Source of the DNA: Pseudovirgaria hyperparasitica
Taxonomy: Eukaryota
Assembly (NCBI GenBank): GCA_010093815.1
Contig: ML996577.1
Direction: 5' to 3' (one strand)
DNA length: 64,000 nucleotides
Under the pieces are notes generated by a model. The model had not been told where the DNA came from, did no database searches, and saw only the letters and a list, made by a program, of their open reading frames with translations. The translations under genes were made by a program, and so were the position numbers. This document shows positions 26,602-37,514 of the stretch, piece after piece. Within the stretch, counting starts at the first letter, position 1; each line of letters opens with the position of its first letter.

Positions 26602-28973
26602 ATGCAAGAAACCTCAGTGAATATCGCATGTCCAGACTTTGTCAGAAGTTTATATGACTATCAGAATTGGCCGAAAAATTTACTCTACAAACACGATAGG
26701 AGTAACAGGTATCACAAGCTATTAAGAGACATGCCCTACGAAATTTTTGACCTTCCCGACGAATCTGAAAGCTACGGGTTGGGAGTACATATCATCGACG
26801 TAAAATCGCAAGGACAGAGTGAGTGTTGATATCGACGGCCACTTGGACATGGCGTGTTGACTGTAATAGACGGAGAGCTACGAACAGTACGAACCATGAG
26901 CCGATCAAGTAAGGAAATGGTGCGTCGTCTGCATCAATTAGAAGACAGTGAGTCGTGATCCCCTACATGATAAAGCACTACATTCAGATATGCTCTCATT
27001 GTGGTACCTACATATTTCCAGAGTACGAGATCTGTTAACATTCGATCAAAAGTGATTTTACCAACATACCCAAGAGTTTCACAGCCAACAGCATCTGTGC
27101 AGAATGGCGGACCACAAGATCCGGTCCTAGAAGCCTTAGAACCAATACCTGTTAAGGATTACAGACACGATCCTTTCTGTCGTGTAATGTACGCTGAACA
27201 TAGATTCCATGAACACCGAGCGCGATTCATACCTTGCTGATCAACGTCAGATGTTTACTGGCTCCGTTCTCTCGAGCACCGTTGAGTATGACCCCAATGA
27301 TGTTCCAATTACTCGCAAGCTATCACCAAATAATGCCCGAGATCGTTGACTATCTATCGGCATTCGGGCACGAAACAGCCCAAGGAGCTCGATTCTGCGG
27401 CTTCAACACCCACATACAACTCGACTTGAACCCTTCAAGTAGATTGGTTGTCAGTGCACTTGGGCGAAGTGGACGCTTGTATCAGATATGCTACAATCTG
27501 AGGACACCACCTCGAGTACCCATTCAGAAGTCGACGTCCTCAGCAGCACTACCAACAACATCTGGACGCATGGCTTTCCGCCAGTTGATTGTCCATCATC
27601 AATTCGACATCGGCCGAGGTGTAGCTCTTTGGCTTTTAGCGGGCGGGGCTCGAGATATCATACCAGGAATCGTGGACAGCCTTGTTCCAAAGATTGAATC
27701 AAAAGAGGATACTACCATGACAGACCGTTTTAGAACTACGCTCGACGTCCATTTTTTCAACTGTGAGCATGCTACGATAGACTGGCGAGAGTGCATAGAA
27801 TTTCTAGAGAAGAGTTTTGATGTAAGGATGACTATTGAAGTTCAAGATCAATTCAGAATTTGCACCTAATCTACCTAGGAATACCGACTTATGCTCTTGG
27901 AGAACCTCGAACTCGACGAGGGCGAATATTCTAAGAGTATTTTTGATACTATAACAGCGCTTAAGAATTTGCAGATAAATGAAGAGAATGTTGGCAATGC
28001 AGTACTAATTCTACATTCAAATATCGACACAATGAAGTCTCTGGTGTCATTCTACGAAGAATTGGAAGAAAACCACACAGATGAAATATGTGCCGGGCAC
28101 AGTGGATTTGACTCAAGGAACAATGGAATCCGCAGGTTCGTGAAGAAAATCGGGCATTTAGTATCAGAGATGAGTATGCTCATACGGCGCGGGGAGCGCC
28201 TCGCTCAAGTGGTGGCAGATACCAAGAATCTCGTAAGGCCCCTCACATCACCGCAGACAGATTCTCTCTAATAGTGCGTACACTTAGGTCATTAAAACCC
28301 GGGAGTTTCAGAATTCTAAGCAAATCGAAATTCTCACGATTGTAACCAGTCACTTGGGTTACCAGGCCCAAAAGGAAACCATTGCGGTGAGGGTAATCAC
28401 TATTGTGACCTTATTGTATCTTCCATGTTCCGTAGTTTCGGTGAGAGGCCTGAATCTAGCATATTTATGTTACCAATTAACAAAATATAGTCGTTCTTCT
28501 CAACCGACGTAGTAAAATTTCTCGTCGATGATAATAACTCCCTTTGGTCTAGCCAATGGTCTGCGAAGGCTTTGGTTCTCTGGCTTGGAGTGACCGCTGT
28601 ACTTATGGCTCTAACGCTACGAGCTAGTTACATATTCTACAGACACGAGCAAGAGAGACAGCTTGATGACCTTGACAGGACTATGGTGAACTTGGTAGGG
28701 AATGGACTGGTAGACGTTTTGAACAACAGAAAAAATGGCGTGGGATCAACCTGGCTTCTCGATTTTTTCGGTCTTGGTGCTTCAACACCGAAGGAAACTC
28801 CTATGTCTACTGAAGTCCCTGATGACCCTAACACCGGGGGCCCAATATGGAATGTGGCTAATCATAGGGAGGAGAAAGTTGCGAGGCTCAAATGGTGCCG
28901 ACACTTCTTTAGCAAGTCTGAGGCTAAATCTGTCTCGCCAGTAGAGAGCCATGATGCTCAACAAAGAGTATGA
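26602..28973 (+). CDS. Fungal CorA-like domain membrane protein (non-canonical, no GMN motif), 7 exons
   Basis: The spliced frame appears intact, with donors at about 26819, 26948, 27189, 27822, 28233 and 28441. Motifs include DPFCRVICLLAPFSRAPL..YHQIMP..DYLSAFG, YQICYNLR and HHQFD. A helical stalk precedes two C-terminal TMs, ETIAVRVITIVTLLYLPCSVVSSFFSTDVVKF and WLGVTAVLMALTL. Confidence 0.75.
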
Positions 28974-29482
28974 AAATATGACCTTGATCGATAGAGGAGT
29001 CTTCAATCGCTACCATTTCTTGCCATACTACTCCCCCCAATATATCGAGATGTCAATATGCACAGGGCGGTAGAAAAATGAACGATATTGGAGGCAAAGA
29101 AATCTCGAGACCATGAGTGTGGTAAATATTGAAACAATAGAGTCCGCGGTGACATCCATATATTCCGGACCGACGTGACTTGTGTCCGCCTTCAACACAC
29201 ACTAGGCAGTACATCATGCGACCCTGTTACACCTACTACCTAATTAACTATTGCTCTTCGCCTTCTAACATATGGTCAACGAAAGCATACACGGCCGCAA
29301 TGGTGCACAGTGATCCAACTTATGCAGGAAAGCGCAGCATTCCCGACGACCTGCTTTAGCTTTCAAAGGATCACTTCGGAGGACATGCGATTCAGAAAAC
29401 GGGTAACTCAAGTCTAGTTCTGGTAAATTTAGCGGCTCAACCATTTTGAGACTGCAGCTCGGGGCTTATTGAGGAACGCTGT

Positions 29483-30764
29483 TTGAGGCCCATAGGCACA
29501 TTACTTGCGATAGGGGCTCGGGATGTTGTCAAAGACATACTAGACAGCGGTATAGATGACTCTTCACTCCCAGTGGAGCTAGATGCCTTCAAATCGTCCT
29601 CTGCTGGGGTGATCCTCAAAGGCAAAGGCTTTCTAGATAGCTTTATCGAAAAACAGTGGTCGTTCTGTCCTATCACCTTTGAGCTTAATAGAGTCTTCAC
29701 CTGGAATACGAAGAGCATTATTCCATTATGCTATTAGCGATTACTGTCAGAAGGACATACAGCCAGCGTGTACGAAGTCCTCATTCCCGAGAAGAGTTTG
29801 AGTGAAGGGATCCGGAACATATCGCAACGACATCGATTTGAGGACCCAAATCTGTGTCCTGGCCTGGCATGTGACACTATCATATATGATGAACGAGATA
29901 CTAACGCATTCTGTCTAACAAAGTGCTATCAGTTTGCGTTAAAAGTGTATCGCCTCATGGAGATCGTGAGAGCACTTTTACACGACTTCTGCGTCGAACA
30001 AAAGCTCCAGATAGCTTTGTAAGACATATAAGTGCTTTCAAGATCAAATGTGACATCAAGCCACCGAATATACTTCTCGTCGGAGAGCACTTCAAACTGT
30101 CAGACTTTGGCTGTTCTTCAATTGTACCCGAGGAGGAAGTTGCTCAGTCAAAGTCCACACATTTTAGTACTTTGTCCTTTGGTATAGTAGTCTCTTGCAA
30201 GGTATAAAATGTCCTCACTAATCAAAACCAGGTGCTCCTGAGGTGACAAGACACTCGACTCCAACGCTGCAGCGACCGCAATCCTTCGACCTCTGGTCCA
30301 TGGGTTGTATTCTGTCAGAAGCAGTAACATGGATTATGCTTGGATCGAAAGGCATCAAGCAATTTCGTAGACTTCGTTCTCGAGCTCATGTTATGAGTCC
30401 TACCCGTTCAAGTAGCATTATAGGGGGATTGACGCCGTCTTCTCTGGTCGGACATATGTTTCACGATGGCGAGAAGGTCTCAAGGCTTGTCATATTGTGG
30501 CACCAGCACCTTCGTGGCATCATGCAAGTATGCGATACAGTTACAATCCGTATTCTTGATATTGTTGATATGAGTCTGCTAGTAGACATGAAGTCAAGAA
30601 TCAGTGCTCAGGAGCTACTGAAACGCATGGATCATGCGATTGGAGAGCCAGAACATGACGACGATGTTACCCTTGGCGCATACGACGAGCTAGAATCTCT
30701 TTTGGAAGAGGACCAGAGCGAAAATAGTGATACTGAGGAATTTATAGTCATCGATATCGAATAG
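29483..30764 (+). pseudogene. Degenerate fungal Ser/Thr protein kinase-like gene (non-RD)
   Basis: Fragments occur in order: QWSFCPITF, SEGHTASVYEV, FALK, CDIKPPNILL, KLSDFG, GAPE, DLWSMGCILSEAVTW, FHDG. There is an in-frame TAG at 29735-29737, a frame change, and only about 100 nt between FALK and DIK, so subdomains III-VIa are missing. Confidence 0.8.
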
Positions 30765-31408
30765 TGATACAATTACTTCAGTGTCAGTCTTGCGAGGTCA
30801 GTATCTGTTGCAATGGACAGGACTTGTCCACTACTCAGTTTGTGTTCTATTCTTCAGCCAGTAATCCCTTGAGAAACATCACAGGTGAATCCATTCCTCC
30901 GCTAGATCCTGGAGGTGGAGGTTCGAACTATTGTATTTGTATTCATAAGAAATTTTCAGTTTATAGGCCACATGAGTCGAACCAATAGCATTGGGAGCAA
31001 GTTCTTCTCGTTTTCTGCCTTACCGGAGTCAAGGACACCGGAAGACAATATAAGAGGTAGGGCACTGTTATGATTTCATACATGGGACGGGGTCTGTGAA
31101 CGACTCGCTCTCTTACCTCTTAGTCTGAATAGTGCCCTAGCTTTCTCATTCGCGCAACAAATGGATTTAGGCGTTTGACCAGACAAGATCGTCGCCGCGA
31201 AGCTACCATCCTGGTTCCCCCGGAGAGGCTGGACTTGATAAGTTTGATGATGAGAGTTGCCACGATCAGCGGACAGCTACCAGACTCAACGTAGAGAACT
31301 ATTCGAAGACTGTATGCCGAATTGCGGGAGTATGTCAAGGCGTCAAACTCAGGCGGCATGTTGCAGAAGTGGAGATACGAGGACCTGTGCAAGGATGAAA
31401 GTTGCATA

Positions 31409-31447
31409 CCGGCTATAGAATCCGGCTATAGAATCCGGCTATAGAAT
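31409..31447. repeat. Perfect 13-bp tandem repeat (CCGGCTATAGAAT)x3
   Basis: Read directly from the sequence. Confidence 0.9.
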
Positions 31448-31763
31448 GAAGAATCTCTATGTGCTTTAGGGGTTTCTTATTCCATGAATATCTGGCGATT
31501 CGTCTTAGTCTTGCCTTTTGTGGGCTACCGCACATAAGATCCGAGGTTTGAGTTGATGAGATCGTGACATTCGAAACGGCAGAAGTATCAGTCTCTTGGG
31601 TTTGGATAAGGAAAATCTATGATACCGTAATCTCAATTCTAGTGCTGTGTTACGGACGCTATTCCAGGGGATTGTCAAACATGACCTCAGAGAAGGTGAA
31701 CGAAGCGAGTATGGGCATGTATGAAAGAAGGTAAAGTGCGATGCATCGCGATGTATATATCGG

Positions 31764-31783
31764 ATATATATATATATATATAT
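31764..31783. repeat. (AT)n microsatellite
   Basis: About 10 AT units. Confidence 0.9.
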
Positions 31784-31983
31784 ACATATGTACCTAAGGG
31801 TGACATAAATTGCCTCCCTAGAGCCCACTTAACCTGCACTGTACTTCTTTAGTAAATAAGCTATATACAATATGTATAAGAAAGGGTGAATATCAGGGAC
31901 TATGATGAACAAAGACAGTCCTTGAAGCAAGATTCGCAGAGCTCTTGAATATTATGTCTAGCTCCCGGTATTGATTCAACGCG

Positions 31984-32854
31984 TCACGTCCGTCGAGCAC
32001 CGAAATTGATCCCTGAAAGGTTGTCCGGAGCCGCAACTTCATGTACCGCACCATCATTCGACACTTCGCTGAAGACCTTGGTCCATCCCTGGAAAGAGGG
32101 AGGAGAAACCACTAATCTCCGTCGATACCGAAGACGCAAGAGGAAGGATAGAATGCCAATTGTTAGCAACGCGGGTATACCCAACCCCAGCCCGACGGCT
32201 ACTCCAAGTTTCGCAGGTGAGTCGAGCCCAGTTTCGTGAGTCATATGCGACGAAGATGGCACTGGGATGGTCTCGTTGGTTGTAGACTGCGGTAGAAAAA
32301 TGCTATGGATTATAACGACGGGTGTTGAGGATACTGAGGAAGGTAGAGAGGTAGTGATTGGCGACGAGAGAGATACGTCCTCCGCGGCTGGATCGCGTAT
32401 TCTGATGTAATGGCTCGTGGAATCGCCGTTTATGCTCACCACATGAAAGTAAAATATAGGCTGTATCCGTATGTCGAAGTCTCTTAGAATGTCGGCGAAG
32501 CTGAAATCCAGCCTGAATGCCCCTCTCCCATTGACTTCTGCTGACGAGAACTTCTGTTAGTACAGCTTGTCAGAAGGGAACCGCACACTTCTCACAGATT
32601 TCTTTGCAATCCTTAAGCTCTTGACAGATGTTAAGGGTGAAATTGTCGAATATGGTGTTGCTGAATCTCATGTGGATGGTTTCATCGGGCCTGTAAACCG
32701 AAGCGTTCTTATAATCCTCGCCCACACCGGGCTCGCCTGGCTCGACCCAGCAGACATCCGGGCAGCTGTATTGGCTTTGTGTAGGGGATATTATGAGCAG
32801 GATGACCCAAAGGCAGAAGTTCAAACTTCTAATAATCACGGTAGTGTTGCGCAT
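31984..32854 (-). CDS. Small type I membrane protein (signal peptide, Cys-containing ectodomain, Ser/Thr stalk, single TM; Mid2-like architecture)
   Basis: Hydrophobic N-terminus (LNFCLWVILLIISPTQS). A short intron at about 32587-32542 (GTGCGG...CTAAC...CAG) joins ORFs 32570-32866 and 31984-32442. The TM KLGVAVGLGLGIPALLTIGILSFLL is followed by RLRYRRR. Confidence 0.7.
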
Positions 32855-33124
32855 TGAAGTGGTCATACAACAAAAGCTGCGCGGTGGGCATCATTATCGC
32901 TCAAGAGCCAGACACCCCATCTCTTAAGTACAATCTGAGTTATAAGGCCAGGGCGTTTCGCCATCGTAATCGCCTCGTTCGCCTTGTCATGCGAAGCTCT
33001 AAGTCTATTTTGGGGCCCGGAACGGTATACCTTTGTCGTCGCAGTCGTCGTTTGCCTAGAGCCTGACTCTCTTGGCATTTTTCATGTTCATGCTTGTGTT
33101 CACACACCCGTTCGATGCCTCTAT

Positions 33125-33400
33125 ATATCAGAACATTATATAGACTTACAGGGTATGATCAGGCGATTAATAATATTTACTATCTGGGCTCTAAATTCTT
33201 TAGTTTAGTCTATAATCAGAGAGTTTAATTCTCAGAGACGGGGAAGAGAGAAGGTTTTCCAAATGTCGTACGGCCTATCTTATTATAACCTCTAAGAGAT
33301 TTAAAAAATCTTCTCTATCACTTTAATAAGACTTTACTAAGATGAAATAAGGTTGGGGATAGATTGGGGTGTGTCTGATTATCTATTATATCTACATATG
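33125..33400. mobile_element. AT/TpA-rich relic, possibly a RIP-mutated repeat fragment
   Basis: Sharp local drop in GC, many TpA dinucleotides and stop codons, no long ORF. No convincing termini were found. Confidence 0.3.
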
Positions 33401-33841
33401 CTTAGGTATAGGCGTAGAAGTAGGAAAATTGGGGCGAGAACACCACATGGATCCATGCGTGCATGAGTGCCAAGAGAGTTAGGTTCTGAGCAAGCAACGA
33501 ATAGCTCCGTAAAATCATCCTGCTCCGGATGTGGCACCTTGGCACCAAAGGGCAACTGCGAACGAACTCTTGCTTCTTATTGTCAGTATGAACATAGGTA
33601 CCCGTTGGGTATTCAGTGTCAGAGGTCATTGATGTATTAATGTATGTGTCTTCTAAAGTTATGTACAATCAAATATGAGCGCAAACTTTGTGGTAGCTAA
33701 TGGTGGACCAGCTCCTGGCTGGGATCCTTCTCGTCTCAAATACACTGTGTCTTTTGGTAACATTTTCCTCGAACTCCTGGCACACGATGCCAACGCGATA
33801 TCTCTGGATCCCCGAAGATCCTTTGCATCTCGACCAGATCC

Positions 33842-34777
33842 CTATCTGCTGTCACCGGGCTTCCGCTTTGGGATTCGGCCGATTTGGCTCAGGTCGAAGC
33901 TGGTGAGACAGGAACGTGTCGTTGTGACTTTTGTTGTGGCTTTTGTCTCAGCCAAGGGATTGCTCGTATGCGCGGTGGGAGCCTCTGATCTGGCTCCCGG
34001 CCGCGTGAAAGACTGGCCAGATGTCCTCCTGGCCGCTTCGCCCGTGGCCACTCTCCGCTTTTTGGACGCGGTTGCTCCTGAGGGAGCGTAGCCCAAAGCA
34101 GACTTCTCCTGAGTAAAAGCCTCCTCCCCACTCCTCTTCTTTGAAGCAGTCTTCTTGGTCTGAAGAGACTTCGAAGTAGGTGCTTTCGAGGCAGTCTTGG
34201 TCTGGAGAGCTGCCGGCGGAGAGGTCTGGTCAGAAGAAGGGCTGGACGGCGGCGGCGTAGGAGGGAGCCGGGAATGCACACTTTCATAGTGCATGTCGGC
34301 AAAGGCGATCTGTAGGTGTCGTCGGGTGGTACTGCCATCCGGCGTCTTTACAGAGAACTCAGCATTGTGAACGGTCACCGCGACCTTCCACAATTCACAG
34401 AAGGCAGCGATGCAGATCTGCCCGACAAAAGCTCTTGGAGCACGCACAACCTCGAGAAACCGTGCCCAGCGTTCCTCGATCGACTTCGTTGACCCGGCAG
34501 AACCCGTAGAACGTCTACTGGCTCTCCTAGGAGCGTTGTGGCGACCTTCCACAAGATCCTCGTCATCCAGAAGGACGGCGTACTCATCGAACCCGAAATC
34601 ACGCAGATATGCGTGAAGCTGAGCCCGAAGCTCGGGATGACGCTCTTGGTCACCCCATAGCTGGTCCGCTAGTGCGCGGAACAGGCAGTTTCCATCACCA
34701 ATGATGGGACGCACCTCCAGACCCTGGACAGCCAGCATGGGGAACTTGCTCATGAGAGAGCGTTGGCGGAGACCCAT
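33842..34777 (-). CDS. OTU-family cysteine protease (deubiquitinase-like) with a basic low-complexity tail
   Basis: Cys loop IIGDGNCLFRALADQLWG, H..LR helix and His loop MHYESV. The C-terminus is rich in K/T/S/P. The ORF is intronless, 311 aa. Confidence 0.8.
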   Translation of the reverse strand: MGLRQRSLMSKFPMLAVQGLEVRPIIGDGNCLFRALADQLWGDQERHPELRAQLHAYLRDFGFDEYAVLLDDEDLVEGRHNAPRRASRRSTGSAGSTKSIEERWARFLEVVRAPRAFVGQICIAAFCELWKVAVTVHNAEFSVKTPDGSTTRRHLQIAFADMHYESVHSRLPPTPPPSSPSSDQTSPPAALQTKTASKAPTSKSLQTKKTASKKRSGEEAFTQEKSALGYAPSGATASKKRRVATGEAARRTSGQSFTRPGARSEAPTAHTSNPLAETKATTKVTTTRSCLTSFDLSQIGRIPKRKPGDSR

Positions 34778-35991
34778 GCTGGCGGTGATGGTGTCTGTGA
34801 GGTGTTGAGAGAGGAGGAATTGCCAAATGTTACGATGGCAAGGTTGAAGAGGACGTCTTCTACTGAAGAGAAGAACGATGATGTGAAGAGTGGGTTGTAG
34901 AACAGTGAAGGTTACTGATCTGTTGTCAAGTCTTGTGGAGATGTGAAAAGATATGACAGAGTAAGTCTGTTAGAAGAAACTGCATGAAGAAGCAATGAAT
35001 AGGGAGGGAGGTGCAGGTTGCTCTGCCTAAATATTATTTCAGGTACGTTCAGAGCGCAGGGAAAGTGACAACAAGTGACGCTAACACAGATGGTCATTTA
35101 TTTCTACCATGGAAAACATTGTTTGCGCTCTGTAGTCTCCAATAATCAGTCTTACGTACCAGGGTAGCCATTCTAGTAGGACTCATTTCACATATGCGTT
35201 GGACTGAAAAATAATATGCTACTGACTTGCAGCCTTCTTGTGAGAAAAATATGGCAAGGATACCGCATCTTCTAGTTTATGACCGAGAGAAGCAGTACAC
35301 ACCTAGATATCGCGCCTTCCGACGCCATGAGAATCATCACAAGCTCTTGAATATATGGAATGAACCCCCAAGGAAGTTTGAGTTGCTAAGATTCCCCTAT
35401 GTAGATACGACTAACTCGTTCCACTAACACCCATGTATGTACCCGCCTACACCCGCAGTATCTGAAGTGAGGTCGAGCATGTCCTATTCATCGAATCATG
35501 TTCTGGTCACGATCAGCCTACGTACAGTCCTTCTGCTAAACTTCAAGGACACAAGTTCACGAATCCCAGCTTTACAGATCCAAAATCTCCACCTCATATA
35601 TATGTACCGCGCTTATCGGAGAAATCTTCCATCATAAGACCAGAGAGACCATCCTAGAATTTCCTGAGTCGCACGAAATGGCCGTCTCGAGTGTCTGCCG
35701 CTTGCTACCCACGGGCTGAATAGTTGCAGTCGACATTATTTTATCATCTAAAGAAGCCTAGCATATCCGGAGCGCGGATGTTTTCCCTAGCGTCGATGCT
35801 ACAAAGCATCATATCCGCGAGGCCCCACTTTTCTTTTCGACGACTACCTTTTGCACTTTAGCCCACTAGGTAGTGGTGATGCCTGCAAAAGATCTGGACA
35901 TCTTGAAACAACTTTGACGTACATATCGGTTGATCGAGCGTACGTCTGCTACCAGTGTTGAATATTTTAGGAGCTTGTGTTTATTGCCAAA

Positions 35992-37452
35992 ATGCCACAG
36001 ACGAACGTTGTGGTGCTTGGGTGTGTGCTGTGCCCCGCGTTCACTTTTCGTGTATCCTTTGTTTCGAGGATTATAATCATCGAGATGCTGGGCTGATACT
36101 TGTGCGTACAGTGCAGGCGTAATCGGCCTTACAACAGCTCTGCTGCTCTCTCGCGACGAGCGGTACAGTGTCACTGTGATTGCGAAGCATATGCCTGGGG
36201 ACTATGACAGTGTCGAGTATGCGTCACCATGGTATGATCCACTACATCCACCTAGAAGACACGCTGAATCGTGGACTGATCCTTACCATGATGGCTTAGG
36301 GCAGGCGCCAGCTTTGAGCCGTAAGTCACAGCTCCATTTGCACATCGGACCATCATCTATCCTCACATTACCATATCACAGTCCAGCCTACACAGCCGAT
36401 CCCTAACAAGAGTAACAGCGTGGGCGCCGAGGGTACACCAGCTCAACAGTACGAGCGCGACACCGGGCCCATTCTATTCCGTCTCTGCCGTGAGGTGCCC
36501 GAATCCGGTATCGTATTCAACCGTACGGTCTGCCCCTTTCTTGCGACCCCTGCGAAGATCTTGCCAAGACTAAAAGAACCCACTAGAATGCACAATCTAC
36601 AACCGCCATAAAGACGCCTCTACGCCCATCGGCCAATGGTTCGCCGCAGCCGTCAGTCCTTCGCCATGGTTCACCTCTATAGTCGAGGACTTCCGCGTAC
36701 TGCCACGCTCCGAGCTCCCCGCTGACGTCGATTCAGCGTCGACGTTCCGCACTGTGTGTATCAACACAGCCGTCTACTTGCCATGGCTTCTCGGGCAATG
36801 TCTTGCGCATGGAGCCGTCGTGCGGCGCGGTACTGTCGCGCACGTGGCTGAGGCAGGCGCGCTTCACCATAGCGGGAACAGAACAGATATCATTGTGAAT
36901 TGTGTGGGCTTAGGAGCGCGAGCGTTGGGCGGGGTGAAGGATGGCTTGGTGTATCCGGCCAGGGGACAGACGGTGTTGGTTAGGCAGGAGCCTATGCAGA
37001 TGACGACGGTGAGTGGGACGGATGATGGACCGGAGGAGGTTGTGTATACGATGACGAGGGCGGGTGGTACGGTTTATCCTCAATTCTTGATACGCCTGTG
37101 CTGAAACATAGTGCTAGGTGGAGGTACCATTCTCGGCGGGTGCTTGCAGGCGAATAACTGGAACGCACAAGTCGACCTGAACCTCGCGAATCGGATCATG
37201 AAGCGCTGTGTGGCGCTGGTTCCCAAGCTTACCGACGGTAAGGGATATGAGGCTCTTGATGTCGTCAAGCACAACGTTGGCATGCGACCGCTCAGGGAGG
37301 GTGGACCACGTGTTGATGTTGACACTGTGAATGGCTTCAGGGTTGTGCACCAGTATGGCCATGGTGGCGGTGGCTATCAGATGAGCTGGGGTAGTGCCAA
37401 AGAAGCCGTAAGGCTTGTTAATCAGCTGCGGGGCGAAAGAAGCCGTCTCTGA
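35992..37452 (+). CDS. DAO1: D-amino-acid oxidase, peroxisomal
   Basis: Spliced product reads MPQTNVVVLG/AGVIGLTTA (GxGxxG), EYASPW/AGA, IVNCVGLGA, YPARGQT, VGMRPLREGGPRV, HQYGHGGGGYQMSWG and ends in -SRL (PTS1). Five introns, including a 21-nt exon at 36300-36320. Confidence 0.93.
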
Positions 37453-37514
37453 AGTTCAGCGATATGTGAGCTAAGAACAGCTGAGACAGAGAGATCGGTT
37501 ATAATATTGAACGC

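Noticed and set aside
30764..31080. Possible vWA-domain remnant after the kinase
   Set aside because: No MIDAS or TDG motif was readable; the region is too degenerate to call.
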